DNA from: a virus
Taxonomy: Duplodnaviria > Caudoviricetes
IMG/VR virus record: IMGVR_UViG_3300021964_009400
Strand: one strand, 5' to 3'
Length of the DNA stretch: 64,000 nucleotides
The notes below the pieces were generated by a model that searched no databases, was not told the origin of the DNA, and saw nothing but the letters and a program-made list of their open reading frames with translations. The translations under genes and the position numbers were made by a program. Below are positions 29,622 through 40,304 of this stretch, one piece after another (position 1 is the stretch's first letter; each line of letters opens with the position of its first letter).

Positions 29622-32600
29622 TTATAAATAAGGTTTATCATTTGGCAGATTTGCATATTAGAAATCTCCAAAGACATAAAGAATATCGTTTAGTATTCAA
29701 AAAGTTTTTAAAACAAGTTAAACAAGATAAAATAGAAGATTCGGTTATTTATATCGCTGGTGATATTGCACATGCTAAAACAGAGATGTCACCAGAGTTA
29801 ATAAAAGAAATTTCATGGTTTCTAACAGAATGTTCTAAATTAAGAGAAACTATAATAATTACAGGTAATCACGATTGTAATTTAAACAATTCACATAGAT
29901 TGGATGTTTTATCACCCATCGTTGAGAATTTAAATAATCCAAGAATACATTACTTAAAAGATACTGGTGTTTATAATATCCATAATCTTACTTTCTGTGT
30001 GTATTCTATTTTAGATGATAAAGAAAACTGGCCAAAAGGAAAAGATGTAAATGGAGAAAATACAATCTGTTTATTTCATGGACCAGTAAACAAAGCACAA
30101 ACTGATATTGGATATACAGTTTCCTCTAATTCATTCCAAGTGGATATGTTTGATGGATTCGATATGGCAATGTTAGGTGATATTCACAAGAGACAAACAT
30201 TTGGTAAAGGATACGAGTGGGTTGCCTACGCAGGTTCAATGATTCAACAGAATCATGGAGAACTACTCGAAAATCATGGTTACTTATTATGGGATATTCC
30301 CACTCGAACCTTTACTGAACATCATATACACAATGATTATGGATTCTTAACAGTTGATGTAGTAAATGGTAAGATACCTCAATGGGTGTATGATGAAGTT
30401 GGTACTAAACTTCCAAAGTATCCAAGATTAAGATTGAGATTCACAAGAACAGAAGCTTCTGATATGAAAAGAAGAATAACTGAACTAAAAAAGTTATTCA
30501 AAGTTGCTGAAGTTACTGTAACGAGAACCGATACAATCGGACAATTAAAAACAAATCAAAAGGTAAATAAAAACATTGTTGGTGATGTTAAAAATGAAAC
30601 ATTTCAAAACTCACTCATTCGAGATTACTTAGAAAGACAGTATCTATTAGAAAACGAAGAATTAGATAAGATACAAGAAATAAATTCAGAATTAAATTCA
30701 CAGATAGATGATTCAGATTCAATGGGTAATATTCTGTGGACACCAAAAACTTTTGAATTCTCTAATATGTTTTCATATGGAGAAAATAATTTAGTTCGAT
30801 TTGATAAAGCACAAGGTATTATGGGTATCTTTGCTCCCAACGCATCAGGTAAATCTTCTATGTGGGATGCTTTATCTTTCTGTATCTATGATAAAACTTC
30901 TCGTACAACCTCATCTAAAAACATTTTAAATAATCGTAGGGATAACTTTTATTGTAAGTTTAACTTTGAGATAGATGGAATAAATTACTTTATTGAAAGA
31001 CGTGCTAAGTGGACAAGAAAGCAAACCAATCTTAAAGTAGATGTATCTTTTTGGAGAGAAACTGGTGGAGTTATAGAATCACTCAATGGAGAACAACGAA
31101 GAGAAACTAACAAGAACATTGAAAAGTATTTAGGTAAGTTTGAGGATTTTGTACTAACAACACTTTCACTACAAGGAAATAATGCTTTATTTATTGATAA
31201 ATCACAATCGGAAAGAAAAGAAATTCTTTCTCAATTTATTGGAGTAGATATCTTTGATAAATTATATCAAAAGGCAAGTGATGAAAATAGGGATAATGCA
31301 ACACTTATCAGAAAATTCAAGTCTGATGATTTTACACAAAAATTAGCGGACATCGACACTGATTTAAAAGAAAACAAAAATGAATATAAATTAATAGAAT
31401 TAAGTCAAAAAGCATTAAAAGAAGAAGAAGAACTTTTAAACAAAAAGATTATATCCCTAAACGAGAAAATCGTTAAGTTGAATGCTGATAGTGGAGTTTC
31501 AATCGAAGAATTAGAAAAGAGATTAGGAATCCTCGAAAATAAAAAAGGAGATATTGAAACCTCGAAAAGTTCTATACAAGATAGGATTACTCATAGAGAA
31601 GAATTACAAATTCAATTAGAAGAAATCTTAGATAAATTTGATGAAGAAGATTTAGAAGAAGGAATTACAAAATTAAAAATATTTAAAAAAGATTTATCTA
31701 ACAATGATTTAGAAATTCAAAAAATTTCTATTAAACTAGAAACATTATACGAAAGAAAAGACCATTTAGATTCTCACAAATATAATGAAGATTGTGATGT
31801 TTGTATGGAAAATTCTAAATCTATTTTAGAAACAAAAGATGAAGTTAATACTAAAATAAAAGAAAATGAAGAAACTCTACAAGAGTTTGAAAAGCAAAAG
31901 TTAAATTTAAATATTGAAATAGATTCTTTAAAAGATTACGAAAAAGAATGGAGTAATTTCCAAGAAGCAAAAGAAAAAGAAGATAAGATAGATAGAGAGA
32001 TATCTCAACTTATTAACAAGTTATCAACAATTGAAACTGAAGAATTACGAAATTCACAACAGATTACCCAGCAAGACCAACTTATAAATGAATATTATAA
32101 GAACGAAGAACAGATTATTAAGAATAAAGAAATAAGAAATGAAATCAAAGGAGTACGAGAAAAACTAAATCTTGTAAAAGATGAATTAAAAGATGTAAAC
32201 TCAAATATTCTTAAATTAAATGGTAAAGTATCAGCATTACAAAATCAAAAAGAAACAATCGAAGATAGAATACAAGAAGTAAAAAATTTAGAAGAACAAT
32301 CTAAGTTATTTGATTTTTACTTAAATGCACTTTCAAAAGATGGTGTATCTTATGAGTTGATTGAAAAATCATTACCGATGATTGAAGGTGAGGTAAATAA
32401 TATCCTTGCGCAAATTGTAGAGTTTGGAATGCAACTTGAAATGGATGGTAAGAACATTAATGCATATCTTGTGTATGGTGACCAAAGATGGAGTTTGGAA
32501 ATGTGTAGTGGTATGGAAAGGTTTATTAGTGGTTTGGCAATCAGAGTTGCTCTAATCAACGTATGTAACCTTCCAAGACCAAATTTCCTTGTTATAGATG

Positions 32601-32776
32601 AAGGATTTGGTACATTGGATAGTGAGAACCTACAATCTTTATTTATGTTGTTTACATACCTTAAAACTCAGTTTGATTTCGTTATGGTGATTTCACACAT
32701 TGACTCGATGAGAGATGTTGTAGATGGTCTTATAGAGATTAAAAAAGAAAAAGGATTTTCCCAAGTTAAGTTTTAA
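29618..32776 (+). CDS. fused SbcD/Mre11 nuclease - SbcC/Rad50 ATPase (gp47-gp46 fusion)
   Basis: Nuclease motifs DLH, GD, GNHD, HG, GDIH; Walker A APNASGKS; Zn hook CDVC; CSGME signature; VIDEGFGTLD; ISH. Confidence 0.92.
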   Translation: MIINKVYHLADLHIRNLQRHKEYRLVFKKFLKQVKQDKIEDSVIYIAGDIAHAKTEMSPELIKEISWFLTECSKLRETIIITGNHDCNLNNSHRLDVLSPIVENLNNPRIHYLKDTGVYNIHNLTFCVYSILDDKENWPKGKDVNGENTICLFHGPVNKAQTDIGYTVSSNSFQVDMFDGFDMAMLGDIHKRQTFGKGYEWVAYAGSMIQQNHGELLENHGYLLWDIPTRTFTEHHIHNDYGFLTVDVVNGKIPQWVYDEVGTKLPKYPRLRLRFTRTEASDMKRRITELKKLFKVAEVTVTRTDTIGQLKTNQKVNKNIVGDVKNETFQNSLIRDYLERQYLLENEELDKIQEINSELNSQIDDSDSMGNILWTPKTFEFSNMFSYGENNLVRFDKAQGIMGIFAPNASGKSSMWDALSFCIYDKTSRTTSSKNILNNRRDNFYCKFNFEIDGINYFIERRAKWTRKQTNLKVDVSFWRETGGVIESLNGEQRRETNKNIEKYLGKFEDFVLTTLSLQGNNALFIDKSQSERKEILSQFIGVDIFDKLYQKASDENRDNATLIRKFKSDDFTQKLADIDTDLKENKNEYKLIELSQKALKEEEELLNKKIISLNEKIVKLNADSGVSIEELEKRLGILENKKGDIETSKSSIQDRITHREELQIQLEEILDKFDEEDLEEGITKLKIFKKDLSNNDLEIQKISIKLETLYERKDHLDSHKYNEDCDVCMENSKSILETKDEVNTKIKENEETLQEFEKQKLNLNIEIDSLKDYEKEWSNFQEAKEKEDKIDREISQLINKLSTIETEELRNSQQITQQDQLINEYYKNEEQIIKNKEIRNEIKGVREKLNLVKDELKDVNSNILKLNGKVSALQNQKETIEDRIQEVKNLEEQSKLFDFYLNALSKDGVSYELIEKSLPMIEGEVNNILAQIVEFGMQLEMDGKNINAYLVYGDQRWSLEMCSGMERFISGLAIRVALINVCNLPRPNFLVIDEGFGTLDSENLQSLFMLFTYLKTQFDFVMVISHIDSMRDVVDGLIEIKKEKGFSQVKF

Positions 32777-32927
32777 CCCTTAATACATTACTTGGCTTTG
32801 GTTGATTAATTCTTTGTTTAATCAATCTTTCTATCAATCCACTTTTGGTATATCCATTCTCACAACAGTAATCGTGTAATTCCTTATATAATTCCCTTTT
32901 AACTTGTATCGTAGTATATTTTCCCAT
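32766..32927 (-). CDS. ribbon-helix-helix (Arc/CopG-like) DNA-binding protein
   Basis: Not in the track (53 aa): MGKYTTIQVKRELYKELHDYCCENGYTKSGLIERLIKQRINQPKPSNVLRVKT; TATTTATA motif upstream on the minus strand. Confidence 0.72.
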   Translation of the reverse strand: MGKYTTIQVKRELYKELHDYCCENGYTKSGLIERLIKQRINQPKPSNVLRVKT

Positions 32928-33004
32928 AATCTATATAATTCTATATAATATATATTTATAAATATTATTTGAAGATATTTATATAAAGAAATTAGAAAAT
33001 CTTT

Positions 33005-36000
33005 ATGGCAATAATAAAATCATTTGCACCATTCCAAAATCTAACGAACTTTCAAGTGTTCGAAAATGATACTTTGTCTACCTCTGAATATTTTAGAATT
33101 ACAGAATTAAGCGAAACTTTAACAGGTGGAAAAAATGGATTTTTAATTGAAGGTTCTGAATTTTTAAAAGAAACAACAGAGGTAAAAATAGAAATACTTG
33201 ATGTTGAAGGAAATCCAATATATTTTGAGCCAGGAAAGGGTGCACCTGATTATTATGAAGGAAACTCTACATTAGTTTCTGTTCATGTGTATGATGATAC
33301 ACCAATTGGTATTGGAAAAATTACAATTTTAGGTGAATTAAAAAGTGTTTTAGGAGAGGAGAATGCAGTTGTTGATATACCCCAAGAATGGAAGGGTGTA
33401 TATAATGTCAAATGGGAACGACAAATACAAATAAATAAAAATATTGCAAATGAAACAATTGTAAGATTTTATAAAAGACCATTAGTAACGATTTCAGAAA
33501 TAGTAAAACCAGTATTTAGTAAAACAATAAATGATACAACAGATACTGGTAGTGTAAATGGATTTCCTTTACAACCACCATTAGGTCAAAACTTATCAGA
33601 GTGGAGAGCGGGTACAAATTATTTATTACAAAGAACATCAGGTAGTTGGGATAGTGATGTTGATGAAAATGTTATAAATATTACTATAACTAAAGATGGT
33701 AATGGAGATGTTTACAATAATGAAACTGGTTCTATATACACGGCATCTCAATTTCCAAATCAAACTCCAGCTACACAATCAGTACTTAGTGCAACAATTA
33801 TAGAAGTTCTAAATGATACAGATGTAATAATTGATATTCCATATGTTAGTTCAAGTTTAGTACAAAATATTTCTGATGAGGCATTTTCAGTATCATATCA
33901 AGATATAGAAAACGAAACAACAAGTGAAACTGCTATTACAGGTTCTTTTGCAAAGATTGATATTACACAACTAAAAACATTTGTTGGTGATGTTGCAAGA
34001 GTAAAGATATTTAGAAAATCAAGAAACGCAGTTGGTGATTTCCAATTTGTACAAGAAGCGAAATTAGAATCTCAAGAATTACTAAGAGATGTAACAACTA
34101 CAACAGATACAGAAGTATTTTATGGAAGATTATCAACCGATAACCTTTCTACATATTGGGAAACTTCAAATAGTGACCATCCAATAACAGTTGATTCTTC
34201 TCAGCTATTTAGAGCTGCAAAAATAGATTACAATAATGATAGTGGTAGTGTACAACAATTAATAACTTCTCAATCAATAAATGTATCAAAAGATGTTGAA
34301 TATACATTAGAATTCAAAACTCTTTTAAGTGGTTCAATAGATGATTCAAATAAATCTATAAGAGCATTTTTTAGTGCATCAAACTTTACACAAGATTTTT
34401 TAACAGTAAGTGGTTCTGCAATTTACCAATCAAGACAAGATATATCACAAAATATAATATTACAAAATTCAGGTAGTGCAAAATTAGTTTTTGAAGTTCA
34501 AGGAGATGATTGGTACATATCAAATATATCTTTAAGAAACGCACAAGATACTTCATTCTCACCAGATGAGTTTACAATCATACAAGATATACCGAGAAAA
34601 ACTGCAACTGAAACTTTTGATTTTAGATTTGAGTTTTATGATATAAATAATAATTTTATACCAGTAGAAGTAAAAGCAACAAAAGAATTTGATGGTGGTA
34701 ACGATTTTCCAACGAGTGGTAAATTATTTACTTTTGAATCAGATAGAAACGCATTTAGATTTTCAAGTGGTTCAATAGGTAATCCACCATTTCAACAAAT
34801 ACAATTTAAAACATCACAACAAAACCTTACAGGCACAACAACTTACGCATCTGCTGCATTTGATGAAGATGGTAATTATATAGACCCAAGTTCTTATGGT
34901 GGTGATTATCCTGGTGGTTTAACAAGTATTACTCCAGCAGGTTCTATAATTACAATAGCAAACTTTAGTGGTAGTGAAGATGATGTTGTAGTTGGTTCTA
35001 TTATTTATACTGCTTCACTAGATGGATTAGAAGAATTTGAAACTGTATATAGATTAGAAGATGGTGATAATGCACCTCAACTTATAGTAACTTCTAATGC
35101 AAATCAATTTATATACGAACCAACAACTCTTTCACCAAAACCAAGTGGACAAAGTATAACTGTAAGAGCACAGAGAAAAAACTTAGCATCTTTAGTAACT
35201 CCTATAACTGTTAATAGTGGTAGTAATAAACCAGCGTTAACATTTGTAGATACAGTAAATGGAATAGATACTTATACTATCTCTGCAACTCAATTTTCAT
35301 CTAACTCATTTGAATCTAATTCATTTGAGGAAGTAACATATGAATTTACTGGTTCAGATATTTTTGGAAACGAACAAACAGATGAAATAACATTATCTAA
35401 GGTAATAAATTTTGATGCAGTTTCTATTGTTTTAACAAATGAATCAACATCTTTTCCAGCAAAATCAACTGGTGAAATTTTAGGAGATTTAATACCATCA
35501 AGTGGTTCGGTACAAATGTTTATTGGTGGAAATCAAATTGAACATGATGATGAAATTGGTGATAGAACAAAAAATACATTTAACATAACATCTTCAATTG
35601 GTGATAATGTAACTCCAACAGATACAACTCCAAATACTTCAAATTATTCTATATCAGCATTTGAAACTACAAAAGATAGTGGTTCATTAACATTAACAAT
35701 TGATTATCTTGCTGGAGATGGTATTACATCACAATCATTTCAAAAGATTGTTTCATATACAAAATCTAAAAAAGCAGTTCCAACTGTCTTAACAAAAGTA
35801 TCACCATCAACACAAACGATTAATTCAAGTTCTGCCTTATTTGAAACTCCTCAAACTATGGAGGTAATTGTTCAAGAAGGTGGTGATGAGTATTCTTATG
35901 ATAGTAGTTTAACAGGTGGTGGTGATATAAACGCAAGAAAATTTGTAATAGATTCATTATCTGTTAATGTTGGTTCTGCCTCTTTTGATGATAATATTAT

Positions 36001-39000
36001 TACTTTATTTACAACATCGACTGTAGATGATATTCCAGAATTTACTGATGTAACTAATGGATTAACTGGTTCTGCATTTCTTAATTATGTAAATTCTGAA
36101 GGAACTTATGTAACTGGTTCAAGAGTTAGATTTGATTTATCAGTTTCTAAAATTGGGGTTGATGGTGTAAATGGTGCAAGTGGTTCAAATGCAAGAGCAG
36201 TATCTCTTTCATCAGATAAATACGCAATAGTATATGATGGTGATGGTAATCTACATCCATCAAATCAAAACTTTACACTTAATGGTTCTGCACAAAACTT
36301 TAACACACCTGAATTCCAATTCTTAAGTGGTGGAGCAGTAATACACGATTTCGCAACTACTTCTGAAGTTGTAATATCATCTTCTGGTTATCCATCAGCT
36401 GGAACTTCAATTATTTATGAAGTAAGAACAAGAGAACAAGGTGGTTCTTATGAAGGTGTGTTTGATAATATAGATGTGTTTGCAGTTCAATCTGGTTCTG
36501 ATGCTTTCACAGTATTTTTAACTAATGAAGCCCATGTATTCTCTGCAACATCAGAATCGGTAGTAACAAGTGATTTATCAGATGGTGCATTTGAGGTTAG
36601 ATTTTTTAGAGGAGGAGAACAATATAATAGTGGTTCAACTGGTAAAACATATAGCGTTTCAGCAACTACATCAAATATAATATTATCAGAGTCACTTGAA
36701 TCAAATAATCAAGCTAAATTTACTCCAACATCTATAAGTGGAGATAGTGGTAGTGCATCGATTACAATTACAGATAATAACACATCAAAAACATTTGATA
36801 AACAATATTCATTTACATTATCAAAAGAAGGTATTGCTGGACAAGATGGACAAGATGGTTCAGCAGGAGAAGATTTTAAAGCAGTAAAACTAACTTCTGC
36901 AAACTACATTATTTCATATAATGCAGCAGGCAGTTCACCATCACCAAGTGGTACAATAACATTAACTGCAACTTCACAAAACTTTACAAATGCATTTTTT
37001 AAATTTACAGGCGAAGGTATAACAGATGAAACTTCTTATACAGATGGTAGTGGAGCAAACTCCGATACATTCGATTTTTCAGTACCTTCATCATATTTTT
37101 CAACTCCAAAAGATATTAGAGTTGGTGTAGCAGAAGGAAATCAATCTGAATTAGCATTTGATACAATTACAATTACTGCAGTTCAGCCTGGTTCAGATGG
37201 ACAAGATGGAGACCCTGGCGATGCTGGTGCTGATGCATATACTGTTATTGTTACAAATGAAGCCCATACACTTCCAACTACAAATACTGGTACCGTAACC
37301 TACACTGGTTCGGGCACTTCGATTATAGTTTATAAAGGTGCAACTGAATTAAATAGTGTAACAAGTACACCAACTAGTGGACAATTTAAAGTAACTGCAA
37401 CTGCAACAAATATTACTGCAGGTTCACAAACTGTAACTGGTAATCCATCGGTATTTGCAAATGCAAGTTCAATTACTTCTACTACCGCACAAATTTCATT
37501 TGCAATTAATATTGAAAATCAAGTAACTATTACAAAAATACAAACTTTTAGTAAATCAATACAAGGAGACGATGGAGAAGATGGAGAAGATGGACAAGAT
37601 GGACAAGATGGTGGAACTGGACCTCAAGGAGATGCTGGTTTAAGAACTGCACAAGGTATGGTACATTATAATACTACTTCAGCTACTGCACCAAGTAGTC
37701 CTAATGATGGTACAACTTCATTTAATTTTAGTACTGGTGTAATGAGTGGTATGAGAAGTGGGTGGCAAATGGGTACACCTACTTATGAAGCTGGTAACTC
37801 AAATAAATATTGGTATGCAACCTTTACTTCAGTAGAAAATTCATCTGGTGCAGGAGTTGGTACAAATTCTAATAACTCATTTGGTACAGTAACACAAGCA
37901 ATTAACTTTACTGGTTTAGTTTCATTTACTGCAACAGATACAATTGGTGATGGTACTGATAATTTATCTTTTGGTGTTGCAGGTTCAACTTTAATTAATG
38001 GTGATAACATTTCAACTGGTCGAATTATATCTACAAATTATGTAACTGGTTCTGGCGATGGGTTTACAAATACTGGTACAGAATTTAGTTTAGATGAAGG
38101 ATTACTTGCTTCTAAAAACTTTACAATAAAACCAAACGGTAGTGCTTTCTTTAAAGGAGATTTGACTGGTGCAAGTGGTACATTCTCTGGTACTGTTCAA
38201 GTTGGTGGAACTACTTTAACAACTGGTAATACATTAAATTCTAACACAACTAAAGACGATGTAAATTTAGGTAATGTAGATAATCAATCTGCAGCAACAA
38301 TACAAGCAGGGACAACTGCTGCTAATGTTGGTTTAGGTAATGTTCAAGACTTAAATGCTCAAAACCAAGCACAGACAGGATTAATAGCAGGTACTACAAT
38401 TACTGGTGGTGGTATAACATTAAATGCTGGTGGTAACATAAAAGGTGGACAAACTGCATTTAATACTGGTACTGGTTTCTTTTTAGGATATAGTAGTGGA
38501 TATAAATTTTCAATCGGAGATGGTTCTACTAAGGGTATAACTTGGGATGGAAGTACTTTAACTATTGGTGGTAATGCACAGATTGGTGTAGATTCTATTT
38601 CTACTATACAATCAAATGCAAATAGTGCCTTACAAAGTGGAGATAATATTTCAGTATTAACTAATAATTCAGGCTACCAAAATAATAGTGCTGCAAAAAC
38701 TGCAGGAAGTGTTGGTGGTTGGACAATTGATTCAAATGCAATTTATAGAGGAACCGAATTAGCAGATAATACTTATGGAACTTCAACTGGTCAAATAACT
38801 TTAGGTGCAGGTTTTATAGGTGCAAAAGAATTTAAAATCAGCGCAGCTGGTGTTGCTTCATTTAAGGGTGGAGTTGAAAATGGTGCAACATTAGGTAATT
38901 GGAGTGTAAGTGGTGGGGATTTAGTAGATTCTACTGGTGTAATACAGTTAGACCCGAATGATAAGGCTATTAGATTAAAAGAAACAGATGGAACTGTTAG

Positions 39001-40297
39001 AGTAACATTAAGTTCAGCTGATTTAGCAAATATATCACCAACTAGAGATATTGATGCGAGTAACGCTGCACTTAATGAAGAATTAATATTTAATTCTAAT
39101 TCAACTTATTCAGGTCTAAATACATCATTTAATGGTGGTTCTTCATTGAGTTATAGTCAATTGACGATAGGAACAAGTGCAAAAACTTATGGTGCTACAA
39201 ATAAAGAATTAAATGAAGCAACTAGTAGTGCATATACACATGGTGGAGGGGGGTTACCAATTATAATACCAATTGGAAGTTCTGATAGGTCATCTAATAA
39301 CCACACAGGTAGAATAGAAATTAATGCACCAACTGCTTCTCCTTCTTATTATCTATACTTTGATGAAGCAGAAATGACATCAACTTTAAAATTAAAATAT
39401 GAAGTTCTATTAAAAAATACAGGTGGTTCATCAGCTGGGGCATTTTCACCAACTGGTAGTGCAGTTACAATTGATGTTGCTTCAATAAATACGACAGGTG
39501 GTGATGAATTAGTAGTTAGAAAAGGAGATTTTGTAAGCATTGGTCAACCTGCTGGAGCTAATTATCAAGCAATAAAATATTGGGAAGATTATGGGTTTGA
39601 ATGGAATGATTTCACAATAGAAACCACAGTAGCAGATGCTGCAGCTGGAGATTATAAAGTAAGATTAACATGGTTTATAGATTATGAACTTTCTGTTAAA
39701 GCAACCCAAACAGTAAATCCTTTGACATATCCTGGTCCTTATATGCAAGTTGAAGTTGATGTATTTGTACAAGATTTAAGTAATACACCTGTTACATTTG
39801 GTACATTTAATCAAGAAGTTGCAGTTGGATTAAATGGAGTACAAGTTTCGGGTGTATCGGGTTCAGTTTTAATAGGAGAAGTAAATGATTCAGGTGTAAT
39901 GTCAGTTTATGGTAATGCCCTTGTGACTGGTAAATTAACTGCCAATACAACTGCTTTATCTGATGAAAGATTAAAAAGTAATATACAAGATATACCAAAT
40001 CCACTTGATATAATTGATAGTATTCAACCTCGTTCATTTAAATGGAGAAACAATGTAAATCCAGATGAATTTAGAGAAAACTCTTTTGGATTTATTGCAC
40101 AAGAGATGACAGGTAGTTTACCACAATTTGTTAGCGTAGAACACCAACCAATAGGATATATAGAAAATATATTAACAATAGACCAAACTCCTTTAATAGC
40201 ATTAAATACTGCTGGTATAAAAGAATTGGTAACTAAAATAAGTTCATTAGAAACTAAAATAGAACAACTAGAGGCACAGATAAGTGGTTCTGAATAG
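33005..40297 (+). CDS. giant tail fibre/receptor-binding protein with collagen-like segments and C-terminal intramolecular chaperone (peptidase S74)
   Basis: SDERLKSNI chaperone motif; Gly-X-Asp triplets; repeated ~110-aa modules. Confidence 0.82.
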   Translation: MAIIKSFAPFQNLTNFQVFENDTLSTSEYFRITELSETLTGGKNGFLIEGSEFLKETTEVKIEILDVEGNPIYFEPGKGAPDYYEGNSTLVSVHVYDDTPIGIGKITILGELKSVLGEENAVVDIPQEWKGVYNVKWERQIQINKNIANETIVRFYKRPLVTISEIVKPVFSKTINDTTDTGSVNGFPLQPPLGQNLSEWRAGTNYLLQRTSGSWDSDVDENVINITITKDGNGDVYNNETGSIYTASQFPNQTPATQSVLSATIIEVLNDTDVIIDIPYVSSSLVQNISDEAFSVSYQDIENETTSETAITGSFAKIDITQLKTFVGDVARVKIFRKSRNAVGDFQFVQEAKLESQELLRDVTTTTDTEVFYGRLSTDNLSTYWETSNSDHPITVDSSQLFRAAKIDYNNDSGSVQQLITSQSINVSKDVEYTLEFKTLLSGSIDDSNKSIRAFFSASNFTQDFLTVSGSAIYQSRQDISQNIILQNSGSAKLVFEVQGDDWYISNISLRNAQDTSFSPDEFTIIQDIPRKTATETFDFRFEFYDINNNFIPVEVKATKEFDGGNDFPTSGKLFTFESDRNAFRFSSGSIGNPPFQQIQFKTSQQNLTGTTTYASAAFDEDGNYIDPSSYGGDYPGGLTSITPAGSIITIANFSGSEDDVVVGSIIYTASLDGLEEFETVYRLEDGDNAPQLIVTSNANQFIYEPTTLSPKPSGQSITVRAQRKNLASLVTPITVNSGSNKPALTFVDTVNGIDTYTISATQFSSNSFESNSFEEVTYEFTGSDIFGNEQTDEITLSKVINFDAVSIVLTNESTSFPAKSTGEILGDLIPSSGSVQMFIGGNQIEHDDEIGDRTKNTFNITSSIGDNVTPTDTTPNTSNYSISAFETTKDSGSLTLTIDYLAGDGITSQSFQKIVSYTKSKKAVPTVLTKVSPSTQTINSSSALFETPQTMEVIVQEGGDEYSYDSSLTGGGDINARKFVIDSLSVNVGSASFDDNIITLFTTSTVDDIPEFTDVTNGLTGSAFLNYVNSEGTYVTGSRVRFDLSVSKIGVDGVNGASGSNARAVSLSSDKYAIVYDGDGNLHPSNQNFTLNGSAQNFNTPEFQFLSGGAVIHDFATTSEVVISSSGYPSAGTSIIYEVRTREQGGSYEGVFDNIDVFAVQSGSDAFTVFLTNEAHVFSATSESVVTSDLSDGAFEVRFFRGGEQYNSGSTGKTYSVSATTSNIILSESLESNNQAKFTPTSISGDSGSASITITDNNTSKTFDKQYSFTLSKEGIAGQDGQDGSAGEDFKAVKLTSANYIISYNAAGSSPSPSGTITLTATSQNFTNAFFKFTGEGITDETSYTDGSGANSDTFDFSVPSSYFSTPKDIRVGVAEGNQSELAFDTITITAVQPGSDGQDGDPGDAGADAYTVIVTNEAHTLPTTNTGTVTYTGSGTSIIVYKGATELNSVTSTPTSGQFKVTATATNITAGSQTVTGNPSVFANASSITSTTAQISFAINIENQVTITKIQTFSKSIQGDDGEDGEDGQDGQDGGTGPQGDAGLRTAQGMVHYNTTSATAPSSPNDGTTSFNFSTGVMSGMRSGWQMGTPTYEAGNSNKYWYATFTSVENSSGAGVGTNSNNSFGTVTQAINFTGLVSFTATDTIGDGTDNLSFGVAGSTLINGDNISTGRIISTNYVTGSGDGFTNTGTEFSLDEGLLASKNFTIKPNGSAFFKGDLTGASGTFSGTVQVGGTTLTTGNTLNSNTTKDDVNLGNVDNQSAATIQAGTTAANVGLGNVQDLNAQNQAQTGLIAGTTITGGGITLNAGGNIKGGQTAFNTGTGFFLGYSSGYKFSIGDGSTKGITWDGSTLTIGGNAQIGVDSISTIQSNANSALQSGDNISVLTNNSGYQNNSAAKTAGSVGGWTIDSNAIYRGTELADNTYGTSTGQITLGAGFIGAKEFKISAAGVASFKGGVENGATLGNWSVSGGDLVDSTGVIQLDPNDKAIRLKETDGTVRVTLSSADLANISPTRDIDASNAALNEELIFNSNSTYSGLNTSFNGGSSLSYSQLTIGTSAKTYGATNKELNEATSSAYTHGGGGLPIIIPIGSSDRSSNNHTGRIEINAPTASPSYYLYFDEAEMTSTLKLKYEVLLKNTGGSSAGAFSPTGSAVTIDVASINTTGGDELVVRKGDFVSIGQPAGANYQAIKYWEDYGFEWNDFTIETTVADAAAGDYKVRLTWFIDYELSVKATQTVNPLTYPGPYMQVEVDVFVQDLSNTPVTFGTFNQEVAVGLNGVQVSGVSGSVLIGEVNDSGVMSVYGNALVTGKLTANTTALSDERLKSNIQDIPNPLDIIDSIQPRSFKWRNNVNPDEFRENSFGFIAQEMTGSLPQFVSVEHQPIGYIENILTIDQTPLIALNTAGIKELVTKISSLETKIEQLEAQISGSE
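37565..37640 (+). repeat. collagen-like G-X-Y coding repeat (9-bp units)
   Basis: GATGGAGAA/GATGGACAA tandem units encoding GDDGEDGEDGQDGQDGGTGPQGDAG. Confidence 0.8.
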
Positions 40298-40304
40298 GTA
40301 GAAT

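Noticed and set aside
37565-37640. Short tandem DNA repeat as a CRISPR array or VNTR
   Set aside because: These are in-frame 9-bp units encoding collagen-like triplets with no spacers. I saw no CRISPR array in the window.
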